Origin: a virus
Lineage: Duplodnaviria; Caudoviricetes
Strand: one strand, 5' to 3'
Virus record (IMG/VR): IMGVR_UViG_3300026549_000034
Coordinates: 1-64,000 of that record
Length of the DNA stretch: 64,000 nt
In this document: positions 47,337 through 58,219 of the stretch, piece by piece
How positions within the stretch are numbered: position 1 is the stretch's first letter
How the letters are laid out: the number at the start of each line of letters is the position of its first letter
Position numbers and translations under genes: made by a program
Notes under the pieces: model-generated
What the model saw: only the letters and a program-made list of their open reading frames with translations
What the model was told of the DNA's origin: nothing
Databases searched by the model: none

Positions 47337-47717
47337 ATGAAAAATTTAGAAATAATAGGGGAAAATTATCCTAAGGTTGGAGAGATTTTTTATTGGGTGG
47401 ATGAAAATAATGATATTCATGAAGATACATGTCTAAGGATAGATGAAAAGGACAATCCTGATATTGATACAATGTATTTTATATATGTTTCTGCTAATGG
47501 TGGTGGAACATTTGTTACGGAAGATGATGTAATTGAGCCTTGGAAAATGGAAGTTGTGAAATTCAAACAGAAAAAGGCAAAAGAAAAAGCACAAAATATA
47601 GCAAAATATATTTCACAGGAAGAAGTTAGATGTGAATTATATAATAAGTTAAGAGAAAATTATTTTTCCGAAGATGACGCGGAACATATATTAAATATTT
47701 TAGCTGAATATGAGTGA
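47337..47717 (+). CDS. hypothetical protein
   Basis: ORF, start reassigned to ATG. Confidence 0.65.
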   Translation: MKNLEIIGENYPKVGEIFYWVDENNDIHEDTCLRIDEKDNPDIDTMYFIYVSANGGGTFVTEDDVIEPWKMEVVKFKQKKAKEKAQNIAKYISQEEVRCELYNKLRENYFSEDDAEHILNILAEYE

Positions 47718-47994
47718 AATAAGAGTCAATATAGATTTTAATTATTATCCTGCAGCCAATGAAGAATGTAAAAGGGTATTAAATGCTTTAGGATATACTG
47801 ATTTCTATATTCAACATTATACAGGATCTCATCATGCTGACATATATTTCTTTGGAACTGATGAAGATAAATTTAAAGAAGAACTTTTAGAAAATACCGT
47901 AATAGGCAAATATAGAAAATTTTATTTTTCTAAATATTATAAAATTTTTGATAAAGAAAAACTATATTATAATGTACAATATATTAAAAAATAA
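47710..47994 (+). CDS. hypothetical protein
   Basis: 94 aa ORF in operon. Confidence 0.6.
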   Translation: MSEIRVNIDFNYYPAANEECKRVLNALGYTDFYIQHYTGSHHADIYFFGTDEDKFKEELLENTVIGKYRKFYFSKYYKIFDKEKLYYNVQYIKK

Positions 47995-47997
47995 CAT

Positions 47998-48510
47998 ATG
48001 AAAATTACAAGAGCAATTAACACAGAACAAGATATTAGATATCTTCGTGCAACAATGGGTGTTCGTTACTGGGTAGATTGCGACTACTCAGATGACAATG
48101 GTAAAACTTGGCATGGTGATTTTAATGATACTGGTGAGGAATCTGAACGTATTATGAACTTAACTCCTTGTGTAGTTAGAAAAGATATTGGATATGATGA
48201 AAGTGATTATTTAGAACTTTTAATTGATCTTAATGAAGGAAAAGTACTTAATTGGCCAGATGGATTTTGTCTTAAGACTAATTATAAAGTATGTGATGAC
48301 GGCGAATATGTTTTCCTTGATGAAAATATGAATGAAGTTGTCAATATTACCAAAGAATATAAACAATATTATGTTCCTGATTTTTTAAGTTTAGAAGATG
48401 ATGGATATGGTGATTATGTATATTTGAATATTAATGGTGATGGTACTATTGATAATGCAGATATTATGAGGAAACGTATTGAAAGATTTTTTGCTAATAT
48501 TAATGATTAA
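47998..48510 (+). CDS. hypothetical phage protein
   Basis: VRYW.D, YKVCD.G.Y, YVP, GDY motifs. Confidence 0.7.
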   Translation: MKITRAINTEQDIRYLRATMGVRYWVDCDYSDDNGKTWHGDFNDTGEESERIMNLTPCVVRKDIGYDESDYLELLIDLNEGKVLNWPDGFCLKTNYKVCDDGEYVFLDENMNEVVNITKEYKQYYVPDFLSLEDDGYGDYVYLNINGDGTIDNADIMRKRIERFFANIND

Positions 48511-48513
48511 GCT

Positions 48514-48888
48514 ATGAAAGATTCATTTGTAATAGAATGTCGTTATGAAATTTGGACTAGTACTGGTAAAGGCTGGAGTAATTGGTTTATTTTAAAAAGT
48601 GATCAAATGTCAAAAGATGAAGCAAATGATTATATAACAGAAACAAGAAATGCATTTGACTTTATAGATAAAAAAACAAAACTAAAGCATGAATATAGAC
48701 TTAAGTCTTATAACGAATATGCAAATGAAATGAATGATCTTTTAGCAGAAATTGAAGAATCTTCCAAAAAGCAAGCAGCATATTATAAATCTGCAGAATA
48801 TAAAGAACTTCAATGTAAGAAAAGACAATATACTAAAGAACTAAAAGAACGCCAGAAAAAATACAGGGAAGAACATGAAAAAAATTAA
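48514..48888 (+). CDS. hypothetical protein
   Basis: 124 aa ORF. Confidence 0.65.
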   Translation: MKDSFVIECRYEIWTSTGKGWSNWFILKSDQMSKDEANDYITETRNAFDFIDKKTKLKHEYRLKSYNEYANEMNDLLAEIEESSKKQAAYYKSAEYKELQCKKRQYTKELKERQKKYREEHEKN

Positions 48889-48989
48889 GTTTAATATATA
48901 TTTCTAATGAATTATTTTTAAAAAATAGTTTAAATATGTGAAATTTTTTTACTATTTTTAATAAATAAATATATTTTTAACTTACTAAA

Positions 48990-49238
48990 ATGAGGGAAAC
49001 ATTGTATAAGATAGTTGTTGCTATTCTATCATTAGTAATTGGTTATTACACAATTACTTCAGAAGGATCTTTTGCTGGATCATGGGTATTTGTAGTATTA
49101 ACACCAGCAATTATGTTTGGTTTGGCTGAATTAGTATGGACTAAGTTACTTGCATATCATACAAGATATCAAGTATGGATTCCTGTAGGTGGAATTGTTG
49201 CAGCATTGGTAGGTGGTGTTCTTGCAGTTTTATTCTAA
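48990..49238 (+). CDS. small three-TM membrane protein
   Basis: Three hydrophobic segments; own promoter motif and terminator-like hairpin. Confidence 0.7.
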   Translation: MRETLYKIVVAILSLVIGYYTITSEGSFAGSWVFVVLTPAIMFGLAELVWTKLLAYHTRYQVWIPVGGIVAALVGGVLAVLF

Positions 49239-49358
49239 TTGTAATAACATACATATTTATATATAAAGAGTTAGTTCAAATGATTTATTTGAATTGACTC
49301 TTTTAATTTTTTAAATATTTATACTATTTTAAAAAATCAATTGTTATTAAAAAATATT

Positions 49359-49892
49359 ATGGGAGAAGAATATCTACAATCATCTTATACTGGGAATATT
49401 TATAAAGTAATGGATAAATATTTACTGCAAATGTCGCCTTGGAAAGACGGTGATGATAGACGTGTATATGAATATGATAATGATGATATGCATGTTATAA
49501 CATATCAAAATGCTTGTATGATTGTGAATAAGCAGTTTGCAGAAACAGATGAAGAATGGGAGCACAATGGAAAGAGATATAAAGCAAGAGCAATCACAAG
49601 TAAAGATATTAATGAATATGCTGCTTTATTGTCAATGTTGCCTTCTCATTATATTAAAGACAATACAAAAATACTTAAGCGTTTACAAGACAATAACGCA
49701 ATATCATTTACTGATAATAATGGTAATGAATTTAAGATGATAAAACATAAAGGTAAAATCTATTATATATTACTTATTGAAAAATACTATCCTAAAGTGC
49801 CTTTGCATGATATGTTTTTTAATTTTTGTCAATGGGTAAATATAAAAAATGTAAAGCCTATATATAATGAAACTGATAAAAAATATATATAA
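49359..49892 (+). CDS. hypothetical protein
   Basis: ORF, start reassigned to ATG. Confidence 0.65.
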   Translation: MGEEYLQSSYTGNIYKVMDKYLLQMSPWKDGDDRRVYEYDNDDMHVITYQNACMIVNKQFAETDEEWEHNGKRYKARAITSKDINEYAALLSMLPSHYIKDNTKILKRLQDNNAISFTDNNGNEFKMIKHKGKIYYILLIEKYYPKVPLHDMFFNFCQWVNIKNVKPIYNETDKKYI

Positions 49893-49907
49893 AAATATTT
49901 AAATACT

Positions 49908-50471
49908 ATGAAGATATATTTTGATACGGAATTTACAGGATTACATAAAGATACTACATTAATTAGTATTGGATTAGTAGATGAAAATGGGCGAACTTGT
50001 TATGCTGAATTTTCTGATTATGACGAATCTCAATGTGATAAATGGATTCGTGAGAATGTAATTAAGCATCTAAAATGGTCTATTGAAGGTCCTCTTGAAG
50101 ATTTTTCAAATATATATGGTTATAATTGGGAAGCCTTTGGATCAAAAGAATATATAAAAATATTATTAGCAGATTGGCTTTCACAGTATGAAGAAGTTGA
50201 ACTTGTTTCTGATTGCTGTCATTATGATATGGTTCTTTTCATAGATATATTTGGTAATGCATTTGATATTCCAAAAAACGTAAATCCAGTTTGCTATGAT
50301 ATTAATCAAGATATTGCAAAATATTTTAAAACATCTGAAAGAGAAGCATTTGATATGTCACGTGAACAAATTTTAGATCATTATGACATTAAAATAAATG
50401 GCAATAAACACAATTCATTATATGACGCAAAAGTAATTAAAGAAATATATAATTTAATTAACTATGAATGA
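49908..50471 (+). CDS. DEDDh 3'-5' exoribonuclease (Rv2179c/RNase AS-like)
   Basis: FDTEFTGL, LISIGLV, YD, HNSLYDA. Confidence 0.85.
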   Translation: MKIYFDTEFTGLHKDTTLISIGLVDENGRTCYAEFSDYDESQCDKWIRENVIKHLKWSIEGPLEDFSNIYGYNWEAFGSKEYIKILLADWLSQYEEVELVSDCCHYDMVLFIDIFGNAFDIPKNVNPVCYDINQDIAKYFKTSEREAFDMSREQILDHYDIKINGNKHNSLYDAKVIKEIYNLINYE

Positions 50472-51048
50472 TTCTTTACATATAAGAAGTATATTAGCAG
50501 GATTATGTATAGCACTTGGTAGCGCTATATTTTGTAAACTTGGCGGTGTAATTGGTGCCGTTATGTTTGCTTTTGGATTACTTGCCGTAGTTCATTATAA
50601 GTTACCATTATATACTGGCATGGCTGGTTTTTTTGATTATAAAAGTGAAAACGAATGGCTTTCATTAGTAATTACATTAATTGGCAATATAATTGGTGCT
50701 TCTATAATTATTTTCTTTAATATACCAGATATTAATGAAACTGCAACAAATATTATTCAATCTAGATTAGTTGATGGATATATTAATTGTTTTGTAAAAT
50801 CAATAGGCTGTGGTATTATTATGACATTAATTGTACAAGGTGGCAGAGACAATAATCTTCTTTTGATATTATTTGGCATTCCATTATTTATATTGTTAGG
50901 TTTTTATCATAGTATCGCAGATTTCGCTTATTTGGCTTTAAGTGTTGATAGTGAAGCAAAAATTGCATATTCTATAAACTGGTTCATAATTGTATTAGGA
51001 AATTTTGTTGGCTGTAATATTCCAAGATTATTGCACTATAAATGTTAA
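50464..51048 (+). CDS. formate/nitrite transporter (FNT) family protein
   Basis: LAG..IALG, LYTG, GNIIG, GFYHSIAD, LGNFVG. Confidence 0.85.
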   Translation: MNDSLHIRSILAGLCIALGSAIFCKLGGVIGAVMFAFGLLAVVHYKLPLYTGMAGFFDYKSENEWLSLVITLIGNIIGASIIIFFNIPDINETATNIIQSRLVDGYINCFVKSIGCGIIMTLIVQGGRDNNLLLILFGIPLFILLGFYHSIADFAYLALSVDSEAKIAYSINWFIIVLGNFVGCNIPRLLHYKC

Positions 51049-51154
51049 ATTTATTGTATTTTTTTAACAATAAAAATTTCTATATATTATTAAATTTCTA
51101 AATAATTATTTCTATATTAATTAAAAATTAAATAATATATTAAAAATAAAAGAT

Positions 51155-51481
51155 ATGACATTTACATTTGATCCTAATAGCATGGTAGTAACAGCGTTTT
51201 ATTCATATCCTACCTGTGTAGTAGATAGAATAGCTGAATATAGTGAAGATTTGTTTGACAAACCACGTGGTGATAATAATATTAAAGAATTTTTTGAAGA
51301 TTGCCTGAAATATACGGAAGAAAAACTGGCAAAGAATCATCTTATGGATAATAAAATTGCAATGAAAGTTGTAATTCCTGAGACTGGACAATTCTTTTAT
51401 ATTGGCTATAAGGATAACATCTATACTATTGGTCTTACACTTAATCCTTATATGACAGGTACAAAAAAGATAGTTGTATAA
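51155..51481 (+). CDS. hypothetical protein
   Basis: 108 aa ORF after promoter motif. Confidence 0.65.
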   Translation: MTFTFDPNSMVVTAFYSYPTCVVDRIAEYSEDLFDKPRGDNNIKEFFEDCLKYTEEKLAKNHLMDNKIAMKVVIPETGQFFYIGYKDNIYTIGLTLNPYMTGTKKIVV

Positions 51482-51510
51482 ATTAATAAATCACATAAAT
51501 TAGTGAAGTT

Positions 51511-52470
51511 ATGGTGATGTTTCCTAATCCTATTTTTGAATTACATTTTCTAATGGGTTTGCCTGCTTCTGGTAAGTCTTATTGGGCAAGACAAAACTTC
51601 AATGAAAATACCACATGTAATCATACTGGTGATTTCATTGTTGATCTTGACAAGTATTTGCACTATGAGAATGGAAAACTAACTACACCTGTGATTTATA
51701 GTGCTCTCAATAATTCTGATATGAAGCATTATGTTGGTGGTGAATTACAAAATACAAGAGAAATCATAAAGATATGTATTGATGGTCTCATTACAACCAT
51801 GAATGATTTGGATAAGGTGATTGGTGATACACTTAACTATATTCATAATAGATATAAGGGATGTGACTATCAAGTTAAGATTTATATTCATCAATGGAAT
51901 GAAGATAGAGAGACTTGCTTGCATAATGATAGGATGCGAATGGAGAGCAGTGAACGAAATGAAAGTTCAGAAACAACAATTCGCAACCGCCCTTATGAAT
52001 ATATTCAAAAGGAACAGTTAGTAAATCACATAGAAGATAATCATGTAGTATCAATTAAATTTGAAAATCATGTTGTAAAATATATTGATACATATGATAC
52101 ATTATTCATCCCGCTTATTGGATATGATAAGACTGATTATCGCAACAGTACACCTAAGAAGACACGGTATATGTATTCTGAATCTTGGTCTGCTGGTGGA
52201 TCATGGGGTGATTGCTGGGGTAATGAAGGAACAATTTCTCCCGACAGCCCTTCAGATTTTCATGAATTTGATGATCTTCTTATGAAGATATGCCCAGATA
52301 TATCATTTATGAATTATAAGAAGTTATTGAATGAATGTACTGAAACAGAAGAATATAGTGAATCTGATTATTATGGGGGATGTGAATATCGGCAGAGATG
52401 GAAGTGTGATATGAAGAGACTATATGAATTATTGAATGAAATGAATTTACTTCCAAATGAAGATAAATAA
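51511..52470 (+). CDS. P-loop kinase (polynucleotide-kinase-like) fused to unknown domain
   Basis: GLPASGKS, D.D, ID, C..N..R. Confidence 0.65.
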   Translation: MVMFPNPIFELHFLMGLPASGKSYWARQNFNENTTCNHTGDFIVDLDKYLHYENGKLTTPVIYSALNNSDMKHYVGGELQNTREIIKICIDGLITTMNDLDKVIGDTLNYIHNRYKGCDYQVKIYIHQWNEDRETCLHNDRMRMESSERNESSETTIRNRPYEYIQKEQLVNHIEDNHVVSIKFENHVVKYIDTYDTLFIPLIGYDKTDYRNSTPKKTRYMYSESWSAGGSWGDCWGNEGTISPDSPSDFHEFDDLLMKICPDISFMNYKKLLNECTETEEYSESDYYGGCEYRQRWKCDMKRLYELLNEMNLLPNEDK

Positions 52471-52897
52471 TAAATCTAACATAAAACCTATGACAAAAGA
52501 ATTTGTTGAAAAACTGGCACAAATGCGTGCGGAGAAAATATTTACAAAGGAATATTTCACAAATGTAACTGATTCGTGGTATTTTGATGAACTTGATGAA
52601 TTTAAGTCACATAAATATGGAATAGAAGGCCGCCGTCCAACTAAGCAAGAATGTGAATGGTATGGGGGTGCTATAGATGACCTATTTGATAAATATAAAG
52701 AAAAGTTCTATGCTAAAGAATTGGCTCAAGATTGTTACGGAAAATGTATAGATTGCTTTGATAAGATATTTAAATATATTGAATTTGGAAATAATAATTA
52801 TTCAAAATTCGATATTAATGAAGAAACTGTACAAAAATTAAAAGATCTTGCTAATATATTTGTATATAAGCATAATGAATTTTGTAATGATAAATAA
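52457..52897 (+). CDS. hypothetical protein
   Basis: 146 aa ORF. Confidence 0.6.
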   Translation: MKINNKSNIKPMTKEFVEKLAQMRAEKIFTKEYFTNVTDSWYFDELDEFKSHKYGIEGRRPTKQECEWYGGAIDDLFDKYKEKFYAKELAQDCYGKCIDCFDKIFKYIEFGNNNYSKFDINEETVQKLKDLANIFVYKHNEFCNDK

Positions 52898-52909
52898 TTT
52901 GAATATTAT

Positions 52910-53440
52910 ATGAAAAAATTTTATTGTTATCCTAAATACCTTTTTGATATGCTTATGGAGAAATCTGGATTTTTTACACCAGATGACCTCCCAAATAATG
53001 TAGCCATCATATCAATAGGTGCACCATGGAATGAGCAAGAAGATCATTGGTTTAAGACAACTAATGATAGAATTTTAAATATTGATTTTGATGATGTTTC
53101 TCCTACACTTTGGTGGAATTATGATATGTATGATGATGCAATGAAAGATAATGACCAAAGTAAATATTTTGATCATTCATATGTTAATTCAAATGGTGGT
53201 ATAACTGAATTACATGCATTTAATTATGATCAAGCCAGAACAATAGTAAAGTTTATTGAGGATCATAAAGATTGTGATTTTTATATTCATTGTTCGGCAG
53301 GTATAAGTCGTAGTCAAGGCGTTGTAAGATATGTTATGGATATGTATGGTGATTTTAAGACAAACCCAGACAATCCGTGTACATGTCCTAATGTGCATGT
53401 TATTATAATGTTAAAAAGAGCATATAGGGAATTATATTAA
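52910..53440 (+). CDS. Cys-dependent (PTP/DSP-like) phosphatase
   Basis: FDD, HCSAGISRS, PN.HV. Confidence 0.88.
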   Translation: MKKFYCYPKYLFDMLMEKSGFFTPDDLPNNVAIISIGAPWNEQEDHWFKTTNDRILNIDFDDVSPTLWWNYDMYDDAMKDNDQSKYFDHSYVNSNGGITELHAFNYDQARTIVKFIEDHKDCDFYIHCSAGISRSQGVVRYVMDMYGDFKTNPDNPCTCPNVHVIIMLKRAYRELY

Positions 53441-53460
53441 TTAAATTAAAATATACAAAA

Positions 53461-54018
53461 ATGGATAATACACTTAAAGAATTATGGGCAAAATATAATT
53501 TAGAAGATATTTTAAATGCCGGATTAATGTTAAATAAAATTAGTTCAGTAGACATAATTAATGCTTCAGACATATATAAAGACCCAAATAAAGAATATTC
53601 TGATGAAGAAGTTCAAGAAATCATTAAAGACAGAGGACTACATGATATTTTGACACTTATACAAAATGAATATGATTTAGAAGACATTATTGATGATATT
53701 GGTAAGAATGATGTTTTAGATGCTATTGATGAGGATGATAGATTTGAATCTATTAAATATAGTTTTGTTTTAGATGACCATGATAGTGATATTCGGGAAG
53801 AAACTAAAGAAGAATGCTATGAACAAATTTATGAAGATGTATTAAATAAGTTAAAAGATAACCGTAAAAAATATTTTGAAGATTATTCACCAGATGAATT
53901 ACGAACATATTTTTGTAATATGTTTGGTATTGGATATTATGATGATGAAGGATTAACTAAAGGATTTTCAAAATTATTTCAAATAATGAACAAATCAATA
54001 TATAATATTAAAAAATGA
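53461..54018 (+). CDS. acidic hypothetical protein
   Basis: 185 aa Asp/Glu-rich ORF. Confidence 0.65.
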   Translation: MDNTLKELWAKYNLEDILNAGLMLNKISSVDIINASDIYKDPNKEYSDEEVQEIIKDRGLHDILTLIQNEYDLEDIIDDIGKNDVLDAIDEDDRFESIKYSFVLDDHDSDIREETKEECYEQIYEDVLNKLKDNRKKYFEDYSPDELRTYFCNMFGIGYYDDEGLTKGFSKLFQIMNKSIYNIKK

Positions 54019-54488
54019 ATAAAGAAATACCTAAAATTGGAAAGTATTATCATTTTTTTGATGATGGTAAACTTGCTGCAAGTAGACATTATATTTGTAA
54101 AGTTGAACAAATCATAACGGCTGAAGAAGCTAAAAGTATTATGATTGAAGTTCCAAATGAATATGATGATATTATGGACACTATATTATCATTGTATGAT
54201 CATTGGCATGATAATGAAATGCCTAATCATGATTGGTTATATGCAAAAGATACTGATTATTTCATTGAATGTTCTTGTCCTAAATATGATAAACATAATC
54301 TTTGGTTTGTTAGAACTAAAGATGGCGGTTGGTTTTCAATGGATATACAATCATCATGGCAAGGAGGTAGATTAGATATAGATGAAAGTATATATGAATC
54401 AATTTTGAATGATATAGAAAATGACCCATATTATTCTACGGAAGCTAAAGAAGGACTTTTAGAAATATATAAAGCCGAAAAATATTAA
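54015..54488 (+). CDS. hypothetical protein
   Basis: 157 aa; FFDDGK, FVRT..GGWFS. Confidence 0.7.
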   Translation: MNKEIPKIGKYYHFFDDGKLAASRHYICKVEQIITAEEAKSIMIEVPNEYDDIMDTILSLYDHWHDNEMPNHDWLYAKDTDYFIECSCPKYDKHNLWFVRTKDGGWFSMDIQSSWQGGRLDIDESIYESILNDIENDPYYSTEAKEGLLEIYKAEKY

Positions 54489-54517
54489 AATTTAACTAAT
54501 AATTATAATATCATTTT

Positions 54518-54721
54518 ATGAAACAAATTAGTATAAAGTGTAATCAATGTGAAAAGGTATTTCATTTTACAATTACTGAAGAACAATATAAACAATATAT
54601 TAGTGGCGAAGGACTAATTCAAAATATTTTTCCTGAAATTCAACCCGAATATAGAGAACTATTTATAAGTCAAATTTGTCCAGATTGTTGGAATAGGATT
54701 TTTAGTTATGCAGATGAATAA
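54518..54721 (+). CDS. small zinc-binding protein
   Basis: CNQC ... RELFIS.ICPDCW. Confidence 0.7.
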   Translation: MKQISIKCNQCEKVFHFTITEEQYKQYISGEGLIQNIFPEIQPEYRELFISQICPDCWNRIFSYADE

Positions 54722-55316
54722 GAATAAACAATTTATATATACAGAAAAGGACGCTGAAAATTTTTATTTTGTTAGTGATACTCATTTTTCTCATGAAAAC
54801 ATAATTAAATATTGTAAACGTCCTTTTGATTCAATAGAACAGCATGATAATGAATTAATTAAGCGATGGAATGAGAAAGTACCAGAAGATGGAATTGTAT
54901 TTCATCTGGGTGATGTTGCATTTGCTAATCGAGATAGAGTAGATAATATTCTTAAACAACTTAATGGAAAGATCTATTTAGTAATTGGAAATCATGATTG
55001 GAGAAGAATTGTGACCGATCATAGCTGGCGATTTGAATTGATGACACAACAAATTAATATGAAAATTGGAAAGCGTCATATAATTCTTAATCATTATCCT
55101 ATGCTTGCTTTTAGTGGAGCCTGGCGTGGTGAAGATGCAACTTATCAATTATTTGGTCATGTTCATACTTCTCCATATACTGATGAAGGTCTTGATACAC
55201 CAAGAATGAAAATGCTATTTGCTTCTCAATATGATGTCGGTGTAGATAATAATAATTTTACACCAGTATCTTGGAATGAAATAGATACAATTATTAAAAA
55301 TAGAATAAGTGAATAA
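54708..55316 (+). CDS. calcineurin-like metallophosphoesterase
   Basis: SDTHFSH, HLGD, GNHD, HYP, GHVH, DVGVD. Confidence 0.9.
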   Translation: MQMNKNKQFIYTEKDAENFYFVSDTHFSHENIIKYCKRPFDSIEQHDNELIKRWNEKVPEDGIVFHLGDVAFANRDRVDNILKQLNGKIYLVIGNHDWRRIVTDHSWRFELMTQQINMKIGKRHIILNHYPMLAFSGAWRGEDATYQLFGHVHTSPYTDEGLDTPRMKMLFASQYDVGVDNNNFTPVSWNEIDTIIKNRISE

Positions 55317-55758
55317 TAAATATACTAAAACAAATAATATGGATTATGTAGATTTGGGTTTGTCTGTTAAATGGGCAGATTGTAATGTAGGAGCAAATTC
55401 ACCTGAAGAGTTTGGAAGTTATTTTAATCGTGATGAATCAAAGAAAATCAAAGATATTACAATTCCAACGCTTGATCAGTGGCAAGAACTTCAGAGTAAT
55501 TGTACGTGTAAATTAAATAAAAATAAAAAAGGATGGACTATTACTGGTAAGAACGGCAATAAAATATATTTACCTATAGCTGGAGAAGGAAAGAATAATC
55601 CAAATGTAAAAGTGATGGGTGCATTTTTCTGGTCAAGCGATGATACTGAAGTAAATGGATTGCCTTTCACTTGGTATGCAGCATTTGATATGAAGGGTCG
55701 TAAAGATACACATTTGTTAGATCCTGAATATTGGATTTCTGTAAGAGGAGTACAATAA
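55309..55758 (+). CDS. VDLGL-domain protein (DUF1566/FISUMP-like, common in Prevotella)
   Basis: YVDLGLSVKWA.CNVGA...PT..W.EL...VRGV. Confidence 0.75.
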   Translation: MNNKYTKTNNMDYVDLGLSVKWADCNVGANSPEEFGSYFNRDESKKIKDITIPTLDQWQELQSNCTCKLNKNKKGWTITGKNGNKIYLPIAGEGKNNPNVKVMGAFFWSSDDTEVNGLPFTWYAAFDMKGRKDTHLLDPEYWISVRGVQ

Positions 55759-55840
55759 TTATGTAAATAATTATGTATTTTGCTTGTTTTAATTTCTGGA
55801 GTTTTTATACTATATTAAAATAAATCACAAATTAAAAAAT

Positions 55841-56083
55841 ATGAAAAAATGGTTTAAATTTTCAGTTTATAAAGATAAAGAAGAACAAAAATTTATCATT
55901 CATTGGTGGTGGAATGTTCCAAAGATTTCATTTGAAGGTGTTGAATATGCAAAGACAAAAAGACTACATCAATTAGTATTTTGTGGAAAAGATAATTTGT
56001 ATTGGGTATTTAGTAAGTCATATCCTGAGGGAAAATATAAATTCTTCAATAAGACAACTAATGATCATGTAAGTTGTGGCTAA
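55841..56083 (+). CDS. hypothetical protein
   Basis: 80 aa ORF after promoter motif. Confidence 0.6.
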   Translation: MKKWFKFSVYKDKEEQKFIIHWWWNVPKISFEGVEYAKTKRLHQLVFCGKDNLYWVFSKSYPEGKYKFFNKTTNDHVSCG

Positions 56084-56106
56084 CAAATATATAATAAAAA
56101 TTAATT

Positions 56107-56286
56107 ATGAGTAAACGTTTAACTTTAGGAAAAAAACCTTTATTACTTGGTGTTTGTTCAGGTTTTGCTGAATATTTTGATATAGATGTTACATTTATAA
56201 GATTTGTGTATTTAATTTTAGTATTCTGTTTTGGCGTAGGAATTCTACCATATTTTATTGCTTGGTTATTAATGCCTAAAAATTAA
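56107..56286 (+). CDS. pspC: PspC-domain membrane protein
   Basis: Manual ORF MSKRL...LGVCSGFAEYFDIDVTFIR...YFIAWLLMP. Confidence 0.88.
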   Translation: MSKRLTLGKKPLLLGVCSGFAEYFDIDVTFIRFVYLILVFCFGVGILPYFIAWLLMPKN

Positions 56287-56299
56287 AAATTTAAATATT

Positions 56300-56578
56300 A
56301 TGAAAAATAAGATAATTTATTGTATTTTTGCTCTTTGGTTTGTAGCTATAATAATTAATATTTATAGTTCATGTTATTCTATAAAAGGTTCAAATAATAC
56401 TGTTATAGAAAATAAATATAAATTTACAGATCATATTACTAGATCAGAAGTTACTGACTCATTAGGACATATGTATTATATATATGAAAATGAACAATAT
56501 GTTATGTTTAAACGTATATATTCCTTTTCTGTAGAACATAGAATGGATTGTAAAAAATGCTTAGATATATTTGATTAA
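56300..56578 (+). CDS. membrane-anchored hypothetical protein
   Basis: N-terminal TM, C-terminal H..DC..C. Confidence 0.6.
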   Translation: MKNKIIYCIFALWFVAIIINIYSSCYSIKGSNNTVIENKYKFTDHITRSEVTDSLGHMYYIYENEQYVMFKRIYSFSVEHRMDCKKCLDIFD

Positions 56579-56586
56579 CTTTTTAA

Positions 56587-57162
56587 ATGAAAATTATATT
56601 TCTTGATTTTGATGGAGTAATAACAATTCCTCCAAAATGGCATTTTGATAATGATAAGATCAAATATATTAAAAAAATAGTAGATGAAACAAATGCTAAA
56701 ATTGTTGTTTCATCTTCTTGGCGGAGGAAAACTATTAATGAAACCATTGAAAAAATTAAAAAATGGAATTATAAATATACTAAATCAAAATTATTTGATT
56801 GGTTTATCAATAATTTATATGATGTAACTCCTTGGATTTCTGATAATAAATATTCAGGAACAGGTAGAGGTGGAGAAATTCAAACTTGGTTAGATGATCA
56901 TCCTGATGTTGATAATTATGTTATTATAGATGATGATAGTGATATGTTAGATAGTCAATTATATCATTTTGTAGAAACTAATTATGAAGACGGTATTACT
57001 GAGGTTGAAGCACATAGGGCAATAAAAATACTAAATAAAGTTAAAATTATTAATCCTATGGCAATTAATTTTGAACTGCGATATCAATATTTATTAAAAA
57101 TTAATAAACTTCCAAATAAATATGATGAATTAAAAAAATATGATATGAATGATCATTATTAA
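56587..57162 (+). CDS. HAD phosphatase (Swiss Army Knife RNA-repair-type)
   Basis: FLDFDGV, VSSSWR, RG.EI..WL, YVIIDD. Confidence 0.85.
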   Translation: MKIIFLDFDGVITIPPKWHFDNDKIKYIKKIVDETNAKIVVSSSWRRKTINETIEKIKKWNYKYTKSKLFDWFINNLYDVTPWISDNKYSGTGRGGEIQTWLDDHPDVDNYVIIDDDSDMLDSQLYHFVETNYEDGITEVEAHRAIKILNKVKIINPMAINFELRYQYLLKINKLPNKYDELKKYDMNDHY

Positions 57163-57182
57163 ATATATAAAATTAAGAAATT

Positions 57183-57998
57183 ATGAATGGAATTATAGGA
57201 GCAATTGTTGGATCAAGTATAGGATTTTCTTATGAAATTAAGAAAACAAAAAATTATAACTTTAATATGATTTATGATAAGTCAAATGCAACAGATGATT
57301 CTGTAGCTATTATTGCCACTGCTGATTGGCTTATGACAACTAATCATACAAAAGATGAATATATTGATAAGCTACATTATTGGTGTAACAAATACAATTA
57401 TGGGATGTATAATTACGGAAATGCTACCAAATTTAAAGAATGGGTAAGAAATAAAGAAAGGACACCATATAATTCATTTGGTAATGGATCTGCTATGAGA
57501 GTAATTCCTGTAGGTTGGTATGCAAAAAGTATTGAAGAAGCTGAAAGACTTGCAAAAATAACTGCAGAAGTAACTCATAATCATCCTGAAGGCATTAAAG
57601 GTGCTCAAGCTGTTGCTGTTACTATTTGGATGATTCGCAATAATGCTTCTAAAAAAATTATTAAAAGGTATATTGAAGAATCTTATAATTATAATCTTAA
57701 TATATCATATGAAAAATTAAAAACACATCATATATTTGTATGTACTTGTCCTAATTCTGTTCCAGCATCATTAATTTGTTGGTTAAATAGTAATAGTTAT
57801 GAAGATTGTATAAGAAAAGCAGTAAGTCTTGGTGGTGATGCTGATACTGAAGCTGCAATTGCAGGAGCATTTGCTGCGGCTGATAGTAATACACCCGTTG
57901 ATGATAATTTAGTAAATGATCTAACTAGATTTTTTTCAATTGATTTTCTTGAAGTATTAAATAAGTTTCATAATAATATTGAATTAAAGAATGGATAA
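57183..57998 (+). CDS. ADP-ribosylglycohydrolase (DraG/ARH family)
   Basis: TDD, SFGNGSAMR, THNHPEG, GGDADT. Confidence 0.92.
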   Translation: MNGIIGAIVGSSIGFSYEIKKTKNYNFNMIYDKSNATDDSVAIIATADWLMTTNHTKDEYIDKLHYWCNKYNYGMYNYGNATKFKEWVRNKERTPYNSFGNGSAMRVIPVGWYAKSIEEAERLAKITAEVTHNHPEGIKGAQAVAVTIWMIRNNASKKIIKRYIEESYNYNLNISYEKLKTHHIFVCTCPNSVPASLICWLNSNSYEDCIRKAVSLGGDADTEAAIAGAFAAADSNTPVDDNLVNDLTRFFSIDFLEVLNKFHNNIELKNG

Positions 57999-58219
57999 AA
58001 TCAAGATTAAAGTTGCTAAAGACTACTTATTAACAAAAATGATTTATGAATCTGATTGTAGAAGTGCTCGTAGTGGAATAAGCAAAACTTATTTGGCTGA
58101 ATATGGAGGTGATTGAGTATCGGAAGAAGTCATTTTACAAACATTACAAGAATATATTTCACATGGATATGCAATAAAAATTAATTGTTAAAACTAAATG
58201 AAAATATATAATATTAAAT

